Assembly (NCBI RefSeq): GCF_021869535.1
Contig: NW_026262734.1
Coordinates: 100,254,001-100,318,000, forward strand
Direction of reading: 5' to 3'
Source: Mytilus californianus
Taxonomy: Eukaryota
Length of the DNA: 64,000 bases
The notes beneath the pieces are model-generated. The model saw only the letters and a list, made by a program, of their open reading frames with translations. It was not told where the DNA came from and made no database searches. A program made the translations under genes and the position numbers. This document shows, in pieces, positions 1-11,789 of this stretch (the stretch's first letter is position 1; every line of letters begins with the position of its first letter).

Positions 1-324
1 ATCGGAAAGTTCATTAATTTCATAAAGTTTTTATAAATCGCATTTTTTGTTGAAACTGTAAATGTGGATTAAGTTAATAACTTGTGTACATAAAACATGC
101 TCTTAGTGATGAGTAATCGAATCCCATTAAGATTAAAAAAGATTGCCAATTTTCTAGGAGGTCAGTTGTTCTATCTGTTTACTCCAACTTGCTCCAAGAA
201 CAGAAACTGGTCGCCATGGTATAACCAATATCACTGAATGTGGGTTTTTACTCGAAAAAAAAACAACAAAAAACGAATACACAACAATATCATGGTAAGT
301 TGTGTCACCTTTCTAGTATTATGA

Positions 325-375
325 TAAGATAAGATAAGATTTATTTAATTCAAGTGTCACCATCCATTACAGTAT

Positions 376-416
<41 letters not shown>

Positions 417-790
417 AGGTCATAAGAACCTAACATTTAGTAAAAGGATGCCAGTCAAAAACGACTTATGAGACACTATCATTAAAACAAACATTTAATA
501 CATACATAAAAGGGCAACTTTTCACATTTAAAAAGTATTTCGTATATAAGACACCATAAAAAATACGTATATAATTTCTAAATGACAACATGTTTTCATC
601 GGTAAAACATAGAATAAAGGGAGTTAGCTAACAGAGAAACCATATTCTCACTACACATACGAAAACGAAGCTTTTCAATATCGCATAAATACACATTTAA
701 AAGACAGGCTTTAGCATATAACTCATGTCTGATATCAGAGTAAAAACAACAATTAAAAAGAAAGTGTTTTTCATCTTCAATTTGGTCACT
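325..790 (-). mobile_element. Degenerate 3' end of a LINE
   Basis: The minus strand near 690-780 reads D-S-D-Q-I-E-D-E-N-T-F-F-L, resembling the IEDEYHFLL C-terminal motif of non-LTR elements. A (TAAGA)n-type tail lies at about 325-345. Confidence 0.35.
378..410. repeat. (TA)n microsatellite
   Basis: Uninterrupted TA dinucleotide run. Confidence 0.95.
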
Positions 791-974
791 ATCACAAAAA
801 ATACATAAACGTTAAAATAAAGGCAACAGTAGTAAACCGCAGTTCAATAGTCATAAATCAATTAAGCGAAAACCAATTCGGGTCACACAACAAAACCGCT
901 GGAAATACATCAACTATATTAGTAAAACAATAGAACCAGAGAAACACTGAACTGCTACAAAAACAGAAATAAGG

Positions 975-1135
975 AGATCTAGCTAGTCAGTTCTCCTTTT
1001 TTTTACCAGTGTCTGAAGAAAAACCGATTCATATAAAATTTAGAAAAGGTCCATAAGCGCACAGTTGGTTCCAAGAGGAAAGCCGACAACCTGCTGGAAC
1101 ATTCCAGCATTCATTTAACCTTCAAATGCTCTACG
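975..1135 (-). mobile_element. Degenerate Penelope-like (Naiad-type) RT fragment, motif B' region
   Basis: The minus strand translates as MFQQVVGFPLGTNCALMDLF*ILYESVFLQTLVKK, matching YQQTVGIPMGTNCAPLLADLFLYYYEADFIQELL of the copy at 33879-34349. Confidence 0.65.
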
Positions 1136-1532
1136 ATTAACCTGTGGTTAATTCATCTACACGAGTTAACAGCCGCACATTTTTTTTTAAATCCGTCTTC
1201 ACTGCGGACAAACCAATTGTCAATAAAACACACAATTCCTCTGTAAGACATGCTTGGTTGGCTGGTTTATTGGTGTTTGCTTCACGCCGTCTCAGTACAG
1301 AATGATTACACCGCGAAAGAGTTAATTCAAATTTTTTTGCCCAGGCATTTCTTTTAATTTAATATTAAACTACAAGTCCTTCAAACACTATTACTCAAGT
1401 TAAAAGTAAAATTACGTATTTACAAATTAAATTCAGCACCACAGCATATGTGTATGATATAAAATATATTCTATTTTGTTTTAAACATGAAACATTTTTT
1501 TTGTAACTGAAATATTATCAAAATAATCATAT

Positions 1533-1928
1533 AAAAAGTTGGCCAAATGAGGCTAAAGTTATCTATTCCTGGGATAAGAAAATCCTTAGTTTTTTTTAAA
1601 ATTCAAAGTTTTGTAACAGGAAATTTATAAAAATGACCATATAATTGATATTCATGTCAACACCGAAGTGCTGACTACTGGGTTGGTGATACCCTCGGGG
1701 ACGAAACGTCCACCAGCAGTGCCATCGACCCAGTGGTGTAAATAGTTATTAAAGGTACCAGGATTATAATTTAATACACCAGACGCGCGTTTCGTCTACA
1801 TAATACTCATCAGTGACGCTCAAGTCAAAATAGTTATCAAGCCAAACAAGTACAAAGTTGAAGAGGATTGAGGACCCAAAATTCCAAAAAAGTTGGCCGA
1901 ATAAGGCTAAGGTCATCTATTCCTATTC
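1533..1928 (-). mobile_element. Retrozyme-like repeat: one ~354-bp monomer plus a short terminal direct repeat
   Basis: AAAAAGTTGGCC...GGCTAA.GT.ATCTATTCCT is repeated with GGCC at 1541 and 1895 (354-bp period). The monomer contains a hammerhead motif. Confidence 0.75.
1776..1819 (-). ncRNA. Type I hammerhead ribozyme motif
   Basis: Minus strand: GCGUCA-CUGAUGA-GUAUUAUGUAGAC-GAAA-CGCGC-GUC-UGGUGU. Stem I is GCGUCA/UGGUGU, the core boxes are intact, stem III is the palindrome ACGCGCGU, and the predicted cut is between 1782 and 1781. Stem II has an A-G mismatch in this copy. Confidence 0.75.
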
Positions 1929-2470
1929 CAGTAAGACTGTGTAAGAAATACTTCACATATACTTACACATATAATATAACTGACTAAAAATCTAACAAAC
2001 TTTACAATATATCTAACAAAGACGTCAACAAAAAAGTTGCTGTACTTGAGAATGGAACTGACAATGATATATAAAAAAAAATACGTATGGTAATTGAGGA
2101 GAACGCAGTAAAATCCAACTCCTTCATTTAATCACCGTTTTTGAGAGGTAAAACATTGGTAAGCCAAAGATTAACTAAGTCGATATTGATTCATGAAAAA
2201 TAGAGAAACATTCAGAACAAATATCTAGCTATTCTCAAATTAGTTAAATCTATAAATCTTTTACACTTGCAAGAAACTGTTGAAAGTCATAACCATTATT
2301 ATATCTTATAAACAACGAAATCTAAAAGAATTATAATTGCAGAGTAACGTTAGGGAACAATGAAAGGTAATTCTCTTTGAATTCATTGTTCTCTGTCAAT
2401 TGCCTGTTATATTGTTATTGTGCGATACAATTTCTTTGATTTATTAAGCTGTCTAGCATATAATCCTCAC

Positions 2471-2560
2471 CCAGCCGTATCTGCTGTTTATATCTGCACC
2501 TTCGGCAAGACAATTTCTGACCTTTATTAAATTTCCAGCTTCAGCTGCGTGAAAGAGATC
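2471..2560 (-). CDS. Ankyrin-repeat exon (90 nt, phase 0-0): DLFHAAEAGNLIKVRNCLAEGADINSRYGW
   Basis: Acceptor TTTTTTTCCTTACAG| and donor |GTGAGG flank an open 30-codon frame matching the ankyrin consensus (LxxAAxxGxxxxVxxLLxxGADIN). Confidence 0.85.
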
Positions 2561-2776
2561 CTGTAAGGAAAAAAAAAACACATATATAATAGAAAAACAA
2601 AGGATTTGTGGTATTCATAAATGATAAAATATCAACATAAGCAACAAAAAAACGACAAGCCAAAAACATAGAAAATGCACTTTTATTGCTGTTCTTCATC
2701 TTATCGTCACTATGAGGCCTTTCATAATGAGCAAAAGAAAACTTTCACCTCACTGCAAGTTTGAGACGCCCCCCCA

Positions 2777-2778
<2 letters not shown>

Positions 2779-2807
<29 letters not shown>
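2779..2807. repeat. Poly-C tract
   Basis: Run of about 29 C, with a shorter C run just upstream. Confidence 0.95.
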
Positions 2808-2810
<3 letters not shown>

Positions 2811-3069
2811 TCACTGGTGTCAGCGGAATTCTTTACAATATTCCATTAACCAGTATTTTCAAATCGGAATAATGTATTTTTACTAAAGTATCTCAAATAT
2901 TTCTTGTTGATATCTTTGATACAATTACTAGTACTAAATTAATGCAATATTTTCCGGTATAATATACGAGAGAGTACATTAATGTAAAGCATTTATTTTC
3001 ATTTCGACTGAAATTGAACTTTACACTTTATCCTTACAGTTTGCTACAAACTAGAGGGATTCAAAATAA

Positions 3070-4341
3070 GAATAAAATTGAGAATGGAAATGGGGAATGT
3101 GTCAAAGAGACAACGACCCGACCATACAGCAGACAACAGCCGAAGGCCACCAATGGGTCTTCAATGCAGCGAGAAACTCCCGCACCCGGAGGCGTCCTTC
3201 AGCTGGCCCCTAAACAAATATGTATACTAGTTCAGTGATAATGGACGTCATACTAAACTCCAAATTATACACAGGAAACTAAAATTAAAAAATGATACAA
3301 GACTAACAAAGGCCAGAGGCTCCTGACTTGTGACAGGCGCAAAAATGCGGCGGGGTTAAACATGTTTTTTGAGATCTCAACCCTCCCCCTATACCTCTAG
3401 CCAATGTAGTAAAAACAAACGCACAACAGTACGCACAGTAAAACTCAGTATAAGAGAAGTCCGAGTCCGATGTCAGAATAGGAAACAAAAGAAAATAAAC
3501 AAAATGACAATAATACATAAATAACAACAGACTACTAGCAGTTACTGACATGCCAGCTCCAGACCTCAATTAAACTGATTGAAAGATTATGTCTTCATCA
3601 TATGACTATCAGGCACAATCCCTCCTGTTAGGGGTTTAGTATTATACCGTCATAAAATATATGAGAAGAACATAACCTGTGTCATGCCAACAACTGGTTT
3701 TAAAATAAATGTGTTTAATTCCGATGCAAAGACCCTATATAAGTGAATCAATATTAAAGCCAAAATATGCAATCTTTAATGACCTGACAACAGTATCGTA
3801 ACTATATCCCTTCTTAATAAGTCTGTTTAAAGGTTTTGTTAGCTTTTGAGGTGAATACTGACATTTTTGTGCTTTGTAAAGAATATTATCATAAAAGATT
3901 GGATGTGAAATACCCGAACGTATAAGATGTCTGCATGTTGAGTTATATTTACGAATGATGTCCTTGTACCGATGATAAAATTTAGTAAATGTTTTGACTA
4001 GTTTATGATATCGAAAACCCTGGTGTAATAATTTTTCAGTAATACATAAATTTTTCTCGCTAAAATCTAATACGTTGTTACATACACGAGCGAATCGTAC
4101 AAGTTGAGATATATAAACACCATAAGATGGTGACAAGGGAACGTCACCATCTAAAAATGGATAATTAACGATAGGAAATGAAAAATCATCTCTTTTATCA
4201 TAAATTTTTGTATTAAGCTTCCCGTTAATGATATAGATATCAAGATCGAGGAAAGGACAGTGGTCATTGTTAGTATTAGCTTTATTTAAAGTAAGTTCAA
4301 TAGGATAAATTTCTTTAGTATACATACTGAAGTCGTCATTA
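3070..4341 (-). mobile_element. 5'-truncated Penelope-like (Naiad-type) element, family 2: RT C-terminal half plus 3' UTR
   Basis: ORF 3735-4325 (CPFLDLDI, TKIYDKRDDFSFPIVNYPFL, SYGVYISQLVRFAR). The same sequence recurs at 47441-48081 and 54939-56188. Confidence 0.85.
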
Positions 4342-4989
4342 ATGTAAGAACTTCACATTTCATTCATTCCATACAAGACGATCAATTCGCCCGCAAATCA
4401 ACTTGTTCCATTTGACAATCTCCGTACCTTACCAATTAACCTTCATTTGTTTGAGAGAAGTCTTTGTTTACATATTTGTTTGTTTTTATAGTGATTAAGA
4501 TAATAACACAATGTTAACTGCTGTACCCCTATTTTGACATTTTTACCTATTCTGTCTGATTGTTTTGTTCACCCATCGTTGTAAATATTATGGAATTTTA
4601 TGCGACTGTCATACAAGTGAGAGGTTTAGCTAGCTATCAAACCAGGTTTAATCCACCATTTTCTATATACGAAAATGTCTGTACCGAGTCAGGAATATGA
4701 CACTTGTTGTCCATTCGTTTGATGTGTTTGAGCTTTTGATTTTGCCATTTGATTAGATACTTTCCGTTTCGAATTTTCCTCGAAGTTCAATATTTTTGAT
4801 ATTTTACTTTTTTGTATCAAAATATAAATTCTTTATTTTCAGAAGGTAACACAGATAACAATACAGATAATCCACCCTATGGCCTTCTACATCTACATGA
4901 TATATTTACATCCATACACAAAGATACACAAGGCAAAATGCTATTACACTACATGTGTACAAGATAACATATATATAGTACAGATAGAC

Positions 4990-5690
4990 CAATACCACTG
5001 ACATGAAAAAGTATGACTACAGTAAAGTTTAAGCATTTTAACTACTAAAAGTTCTCTTCTTGTATCTTTAAGAGATGAGATTGACAGTTTGCTTTAAAAA
5101 TATTTACACATTTACTTTTATTCAAATTTAAAGGCAAAGAATTCCACAACAAGGTTCAGGAACCCCTAAAATCTTTTACCATAATTAGTTCCATATCGTT
5201 GAACAAATATATTATTTTGTGTAGATGATCTGAATGAATATTTGTTAACAGTTGAACAGGTTGAAAATAGTTCAGATTAATATTCAGGTGCTAGATTATT
5301 CATACACTTATATATCATCACTGCCATAAAATATTTAATTCCATTATAAATGGTTAGCCATCCTAACTCTTTAAACATAATCGATGAAGAGATATCAAAC
5401 CCTACATTCAAAATAATTCTTCCTGCCCGCTTTTGTAACTTATATAGCTTTTCAATATTACTTTTTGAAGCAGCTCTCCATACGGAACATCAGAAATACA
5501 CGACTGAGAGTATATATCCACTACAAAAAAGATTAAGAGCACTTACAGGAAGATATGTTTTGCGTCTGCTCATAAGATGCAGTCTGCTCCCAAGTGCAAG
5601 AGTTTGTCATATGCAAAAGCCAGTTGTTAAAAAATACACAACGTCCATCAATAGTGCTACGATATGATATAAAACACAATTTCCATTCGA
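4990..5690 (-). mobile_element. L2/CR1-group LINE RT C-terminal fragment
   Basis: The minus strand reads KLYKLQKRAGRIILNVGFDISSSIMFKELGWLTI...MIYKCMNNLAPEY, with stops. It is similar to 37900-38060. Confidence 0.75.
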
Positions 5691-7429
5691 AATAATATCA
5701 ACGCGTGAAATTAAAGTTAAATTTATTTATACCATGACAAATATAGGCAACAGTAGTTTAACGATGTTCAAAATATGGAAAGGTGGCTGATCATCCGAAA
5801 TGTAGTTTATAAAACAGTTTAAAGATACCAACGGGACATTCTACAATAATAAGTAAAAGGGGAATTGATAACGCTATGGCAAAACAACGACAAAACTAAG
5901 AAATGAAAAACAAGCTTTCACAACACTACAAAAAAAAACTATAGGCTTACCTAACAAACTCCAACAGAAACCGGTGTTGAATTGAGGTACTTGAGGTAAC
6001 TGAGCCAAGGTAAAATCACAAAAATACCGAACTCCGGAGGACCAACCCCTTATCTTCTTGTGATACCATCGTATGAGAAAAATCATAAAAACGGGAATAA
6101 AAATAAAGGATAAAAATATACTAATAGCAAAAAATCTTTCGTCGTTTTATTTGCAAAACAAACAAATTTGACCGACAAAAGACTTAAAACGTTTTGTTCG
6201 AACGCTCGATTATTTATTAAGAATGTTAGATATGCATGATATTTGATGCTGTTTATCTTCAAGTTGAGATACAAGTGATTTGTTAGAGTCACGTTGAACC
6301 TCGGATGCTCTTGAATTTATCATTTAGACAGAGTTATTACAGTTTTCATAGTACGTGGAACTCGTTATTTTGAGTGTTTTTACTAACACGAACAACAGGA
6401 TGGGTGCCACATGAGGAGGAGAATCTGCTTATCATTCCGTAGCAATTGAGATCACCCCCATTTTATGTGGGGTTTCTGTTGCTCATTCTTTAATTTTCTA
6501 TGTGTGTTTTCTGTACCATCAATTGTCTGCTTGTCTTTTTTTTTAGTCATAAGTAAAATCACAAAAATACTGAACTCTGAGGAAAAATTCAAACCGGAAA
6601 TTCCCTAATCAAATGGCAAAATCAAAAACTCAAACACATCAAACGAATGGATAACAACTGCCATATTCCTTAATTGACTTAATAGGTAAAAATGTCAAAA
6701 ATAGTGGTACAGCAATCAACATTATGTTGTAATCATAATCACTATAAAAACAAACGAATATGTAACAAAGAAGTACAAAAAGGCATTAAGACAAAGCACA
6801 TTAGCAAAAATGAAAAACACAAATACAAAAATTTACAATAGAACTATAACACAATGGCGATATGTATAAGTACAGAGCCACGGGATATCACTACAAAACA
6901 ATAAAAGTCTGAAATGACCTATTTAAGTACTCGACTGTACTGATTTTTACTCGAACAGTCTGAATTCGCTGAAATTTACTTGATAATATTCGACTGTAGT
7001 CTGAACCATACTTAACAGTCTGAACTTGTACTCGACCTTTACTCGACCAGTACTTAACTATTTTTAACGCGTCTTAACCATGCTCGACCTAGTCTGAACC
7101 ATGCTCGACCTTGTCTGAACCATACTCTACCTAGTTTGTATCTATCTATTGTATTTCGTTAATTTAGGAACTGTTTTTAACAACAGCTATTTCCCCTGGA
7201 TAATAATTTGAACAACAATTTGAAATTAAAAATGTATTAAACAAAGCATTTAAACCAAATTTCACAATAAACATAATATAACTTCAACACCATATTCATC
7301 AACACTTACATATATATATCACCTATAAAATTAAAATAAAAAAAAGGTGATCAAATAATCTCAAAACTAAATTGTGACAAATATTTTCAATGTTATTAAA
7401 AAAAAGTTTAATGTTTCAGATATATTTTA

Positions 7430-8314
7430 GGTAAACGAACAGAAATTCACAGGACAAAAAGTCACTGGACATAAAGTCACAAATTTGATAGGACAAAAAG
7501 TCACAAATAATTTGTTGACAATTGTTTGAATATACATGCGATAGTTCTTGAAATATTTTCATTTTATTACTTATATCCATTTTACAGTTTAGGAAACTGT
7601 TCATTTACCTTGATAAATGAATATTTATTAAATTTTGAATCATGCTATGGATATATTTCTTCGCACCATGAAGCCGTTCAAGTACCAAACCACTTGTACA
7701 TTTTGTTTTCTTAACAATTATTTGATCATCATATATATTTATTACATAAATTTCAGTAACAAGGTTTATAGATATAAGAAGATGTGGTATGAGTGCCAAT
7801 GAGACTACTTTCCATCCAAGTCAAAATTTATAAAAGTAAACCATTATACGTCAAAGTACGGTCTTCAACACGGAGCCTTGGCTCACACCGAACAGTAAGA
7901 TATAAAGGGCCCCAAAAATTACTAGTGTAAAACCATTCAAACGGGAAAACCAACGGTCTAATCTATATAAAAAACAAGAAACGAGACACTTATGAACCAC
8001 ATCTCTACAAACGACAACTACTGAACATCAGATTCCTGACTTAGGACAGGTGCAAACAAATGCAGCGGGTTTAAACGTTTTAATGGTACCAAACCTTCAC
8101 CCTTTTTCTGAAACAATAGTGTAACATCACAACATAGAAAGACACACTATGTTTATATATTAGTTAAAGAAAAAAACAAAACAGTTTTCTTTAAATAAGT
8201 GTTTCTTCTACAATGAAATGTGACTTATTGTCCTGTGACTTTTTGTCCCGTAACTTTTTGTCCGTGACTTTTTGTCTGTGACTTTTTGTCCTGTTACTTT
8301 CTGTCCTACATTCA
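7430..8314. mobile_element. MITE-like element with inverted arrays of a 15-bp unit (CAGGACAAAAAGTCA)
   Basis: The unit is repeated at 7448-7505 and, inverted, at 8222-8310. The left end is degenerate. Confidence 0.55.
7771..8150 (-). mobile_element. Dispersed retroelement 3' fragment with 7-bp TSD
   Basis: GTTTATA flanks both sides (7764-7770, 8151-8157). The same family occurs at 12240-12680 (opposite orientation) and 46947-47320. Confidence 0.7.
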
Positions 8315-9322
8315 TATTTCATGGTTACTGGACAAGTTTCACCATTAACTTAAGCCTAGTATAGATTTATGGTATCAGTTGAGTTTAGTTAATAATGCAG
8401 TGAACATTTTGTTTTATTAAAATATATATAAAATAGTATATAAAGCAACTTTATCAATTTTAAAAATTACACCTTTGTTTTGTTCAATCAAGAATTTAAT
8501 ATTATCATGATAATAGAATTTCCATAGCAATCCTTGATAACCTTTTAAAAAAGGAAATTTGTTTCAAAGTTATAGTAAGAATTTATTTCAATTAAATTCA
8601 AATATTTTTTGTCAAAATTAAAGACATGGTATCCAAGAAGCACTTTAATAAGATTAAATTACCTCAGTACATGTGTGTTTTACAGGTAAAACGAAAGCCA
8701 TATTTTTCTTAAACTCGTCTTTTACTTATCTAGTGAATTCTAAAGGCCTTGCGATCTAAGTCAAACAGGATGTTGCAATTTTGAATGAATGTTATTAAGA
8801 ATTTATTACAGAAGGTATTACTAATCAGAAGAACAATTTTAATAATTTCTTCAATTTTGTATCCCTTTTTGATATATATTATATATAGTATATTCCAAAT
8901 TATAATAATACATATATTTCTAATATAAGGTTAAACAATTTCAGTGATTTTGTTGGCTGTTGTTACCTCATTTAAAAGATAATTATATAACAATTGTTTG
9001 TAACCTTGAAACCTCTGTATGTTTTATTTAGGAATTTAAGAAATGAAGTTAAAAAAAAACACACATGCCAAACAAGAAGCACCTTAATGAGGTTTTACAC
9101 CTTCAGTATAGGTTCGGTTCAGTACAGTCGAGTACAGATATAGGCCATTTCAGACTTTTACTGGTTTGAAGTGTATGTATCAAAGAAACACAAAAAGGCA
9201 TATAGACAGAGCCTGTTTATTTTAGATTTATGAGTTTGAATGTACCTTTGGCATCTTTCACCTCTCTTTTAGCAACATATTAAAAAACAAAAGACAAACC
9301 TATAGTTAACTTTAAGGCAGGA

Positions 9323-9529
9323 CAGTAAATTCATAAATTATTGCTTGCATTTTTTTTATATCGATTTCGTCATTTTAGACTATAATGCGATTTTAATTTT
9401 TGCGATATTGAGAAGAATCTTCTTTAATTCATATACAAATTTCAAAATTCGAGTTTGAATTATTGCGATTATAAACATGTCTCATTTTTCGCAATAATAA
9501 AAACATCGAAATAATTTCTGAATTTACAG
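9323..9529. mobile_element. Tc1/mariner-type MITE
   Basis: Terminal inverted repeat C(A/T)GTAAATTCA(T/G)AAATTATT at both ends, with TA on the right flank. Confidence 0.6.
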
Positions 9530-9871
9530 TATTTATATTTCCCACAACGGAACATTTGGGATATCAACTTTTAGAATCAAAATACGGTAGCACAACTGTT
9601 GAATAATGACTCACTAAATTCAGATTCACAGGCTTATAATGTGGTACTCCAGGCGTACGTTTTGTCTACATATGAATCGTCAGTGACACATGAACCAAAT
9701 CATCACGTATATTAGGCACTCGTTCATTTCAAGTATTTACATGATGAAAAAACAGAGTTAAACAGCAACCAGAAACACATTGAAAAGGGTTTATTAATTC
9801 AACATGTCATGTAATATATACGCATGTAACAATGGACTTCATCCATGCTTTTCTTGTCACATAATTATTAC

Positions 9872-9889
9872 CTCCGTTTTAAGGCAGTC
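9872..9889 (-). CDS. Candidate 18-nt microexon (DCLKTE) of the ankyrin gene
   Basis: Acceptor TTGTTTTATTCAG| and donor GAG|GTAATA. Phase 0-0, in frame with both flanking exons. Confidence 0.55.
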
Positions 9890-10209
9890 CTGAATAAAAC
9901 AATTATCTAGTCTGTCCTTTTCTCGGGATAACAAATGAAAATAATATTTTCTTTGAGGATACATGTTGTGTGTGAAAATAATTTCTTCGCTCGAGTGCTC
10001 AACATGCTAATTTATAAATACATATATTGAAAGGGATATACATCGGTATATTGCAATAAAACCAATGTTACGTCAAATCTGAATTCGGAATACCATATTC
10101 ATTCGGTTTTTTTTTAATGAAACGATGATACCGTTTCATACTTCAAAATCAAATCATATTGGGTTGTTTTTTTTTATGGAAAGAGAGGGGGCGGGGTTAT
10201 ATCAATTAC

Positions 10210-10233
10210 CTGATTTAGCGTAGCTCTGTCCAT
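10210..10233 (-). CDS. Candidate start-codon exon of the ankyrin gene (exon 10210-10240; MDRATLNQ)
   Basis: Poly-T + TACAG| acceptor and CAG|GTAATT donor. The ATG at 10233-10231 is preceded by an in-frame TAG, and the exon ends in phase 0. Confidence 0.6.
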
Positions 10234-10802
10234 CTCCTATCTGTAAAAAAAAAAAAAAAAATTACTATGAGTTTTAGATATTTTAGAATATCGTTTTGAT
10301 AGATACGTACGTCAAAATAAAGACCAGTTGACAAAAAATAACTCATCAAAGATACCGGACTGAAGTACACACAACGCTGTTTCGTCTATATTAGACTAAA
10401 AGGTAGCTCTGAAATATCGACAGTAAAAAAGTTATGTCAGTTAGAAATGATGTAGAGCATTGAAAACAAAAAGAAATAATTACACGTAGTGACAGATTAG
10501 AATTCCGCGCTTTAAAAAGAAGCATTTAAATATGTCGAATGATTTTTAGTTCGAAAGTATACTTACGTTTGTGACGATTAACCGATATCCTATGTCAGCA
10601 TATGAGTATAACTGATTATTGGGCTGGTGATATACTCAAGAACTATTGCCTAACAGCATTTGCATCGGCCCAGTGTTGATAAAATCTCACCAAAGATACC
10701 ATATCTACATTTAGTATAATTGTGTTTCTCAAAAGGGAATAACTAAGATACACATATCTTGTTTAATAACTTTTGCCTGTTTTGTTTTTTACTTTATGTA
10801 CG

Positions 10803-11071
10803 GTATTCGGAAACCTCTTGGTTTATCTATGTAGATGTTGTACCATTAACAATTATACACGCAAACTCCTACTTTTTCTTTCATAATATTATTACATGTA
10901 GTTTAAGAAGCTACTTTTGAAAAGTTTATAAAATCCGTATTCGGAAACCTCTTGGTTTATCTATGTAGATGTTGTACCATTAACAATTATACACGCAAAC
11001 TCCTACTTTTTTTTTCATATAATTATTACATATAGTTTAAGAAGCTACTTTTGAAAAGTTTATAAAATCCG
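10803..11071. repeat. Two-copy tandem duplication, 135-bp unit
   Basis: GTATTCGGAAACCTCTTGG starts at 10803 and 10938, and the copies are near-identical. Confidence 0.9.
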
Positions 11072-11789
11072 TGTTTTTTGTTTATAGTTTTTGAACGAAA
11101 AAAAGTGACAATGATAGATGTATGGAAAATATATGGAAAAGTTACAGCAAATTATTTCCCGTCACATTTTCAATGACTTATATCTAAGAAACAAGGATAT
11201 TGACCTTTCATTTTCTTCTGCTTTTTTTAGTTCCGTTTTTATATACTATCAATTGATAATTTTCTTTATAACAGCTAGTTAATTTGAATCATAGCAACGA
11301 ATATCTGTAAGTTTTTAGTGGAAAATCATACTTTGTAAGACATAAATCTAATTTATTCATTATTTTTATTTAAAACGATGCTTGATTTGTTTATTAACAG
11401 CACATTTGTTAAGTTTTGCGGACGTCAATTGACAATCATAACTCATGTGTGGAATATTTATGCTTTAATTCAAGCTAACTTTTTTTGACAATCCATGGCT
11501 AACTATGTGAGTTACAACTTATTTTACGTGTTCACGTCTTTTGCTTATTAATCATTTATACAGACAATGTAGTATATATCACTATTGTATAATTGCAAAT
11601 GTTTATCCTTTTTCACCGGAAAGTGCTATTATTGTGTAACTAGTACTCCTTTCGACTTAACATTACTTTTAAAACAAGGTGAACGCGTATTTTAATATCT
11701 TTATCCCTTGTTAAATTTGTTAACAGAATATTCTCAATCCCCTAATTTGAATTCTTAAACTATATTGACCAGAGAAACACTGAACCAGT

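Larger units (their letters stand above)
6889..9173. mobile_element. Non-autonomous CACTA (EnSpm/CMC) DNA transposon
   Basis: Imperfect TIRs of about 55 bp (CACTACAAAACAATAAAAGTCTGAAATGACCTAT... / ...ATAGGCCATTTCAGACTTTTACTGGTTTGAAGTG), a 3-bp TSD TAT, and subterminal CTCGAC/AGTCTGAAC repeats at 6925-7135. The flanks rejoin into one interrupted repeat. Confidence 0.8.

Noticed and set aside
3014-3569. ORFs 3014-3238 and 3303-3569
   Set aside because: They lie in a retroelement 3' UTR repeated at 47441-48081, where the frames are not maintained.
8750-8830. Exon-like segment inside the CACTA element
   Set aside because: All three frames contain stops, and there is no recognisable transposase motif.
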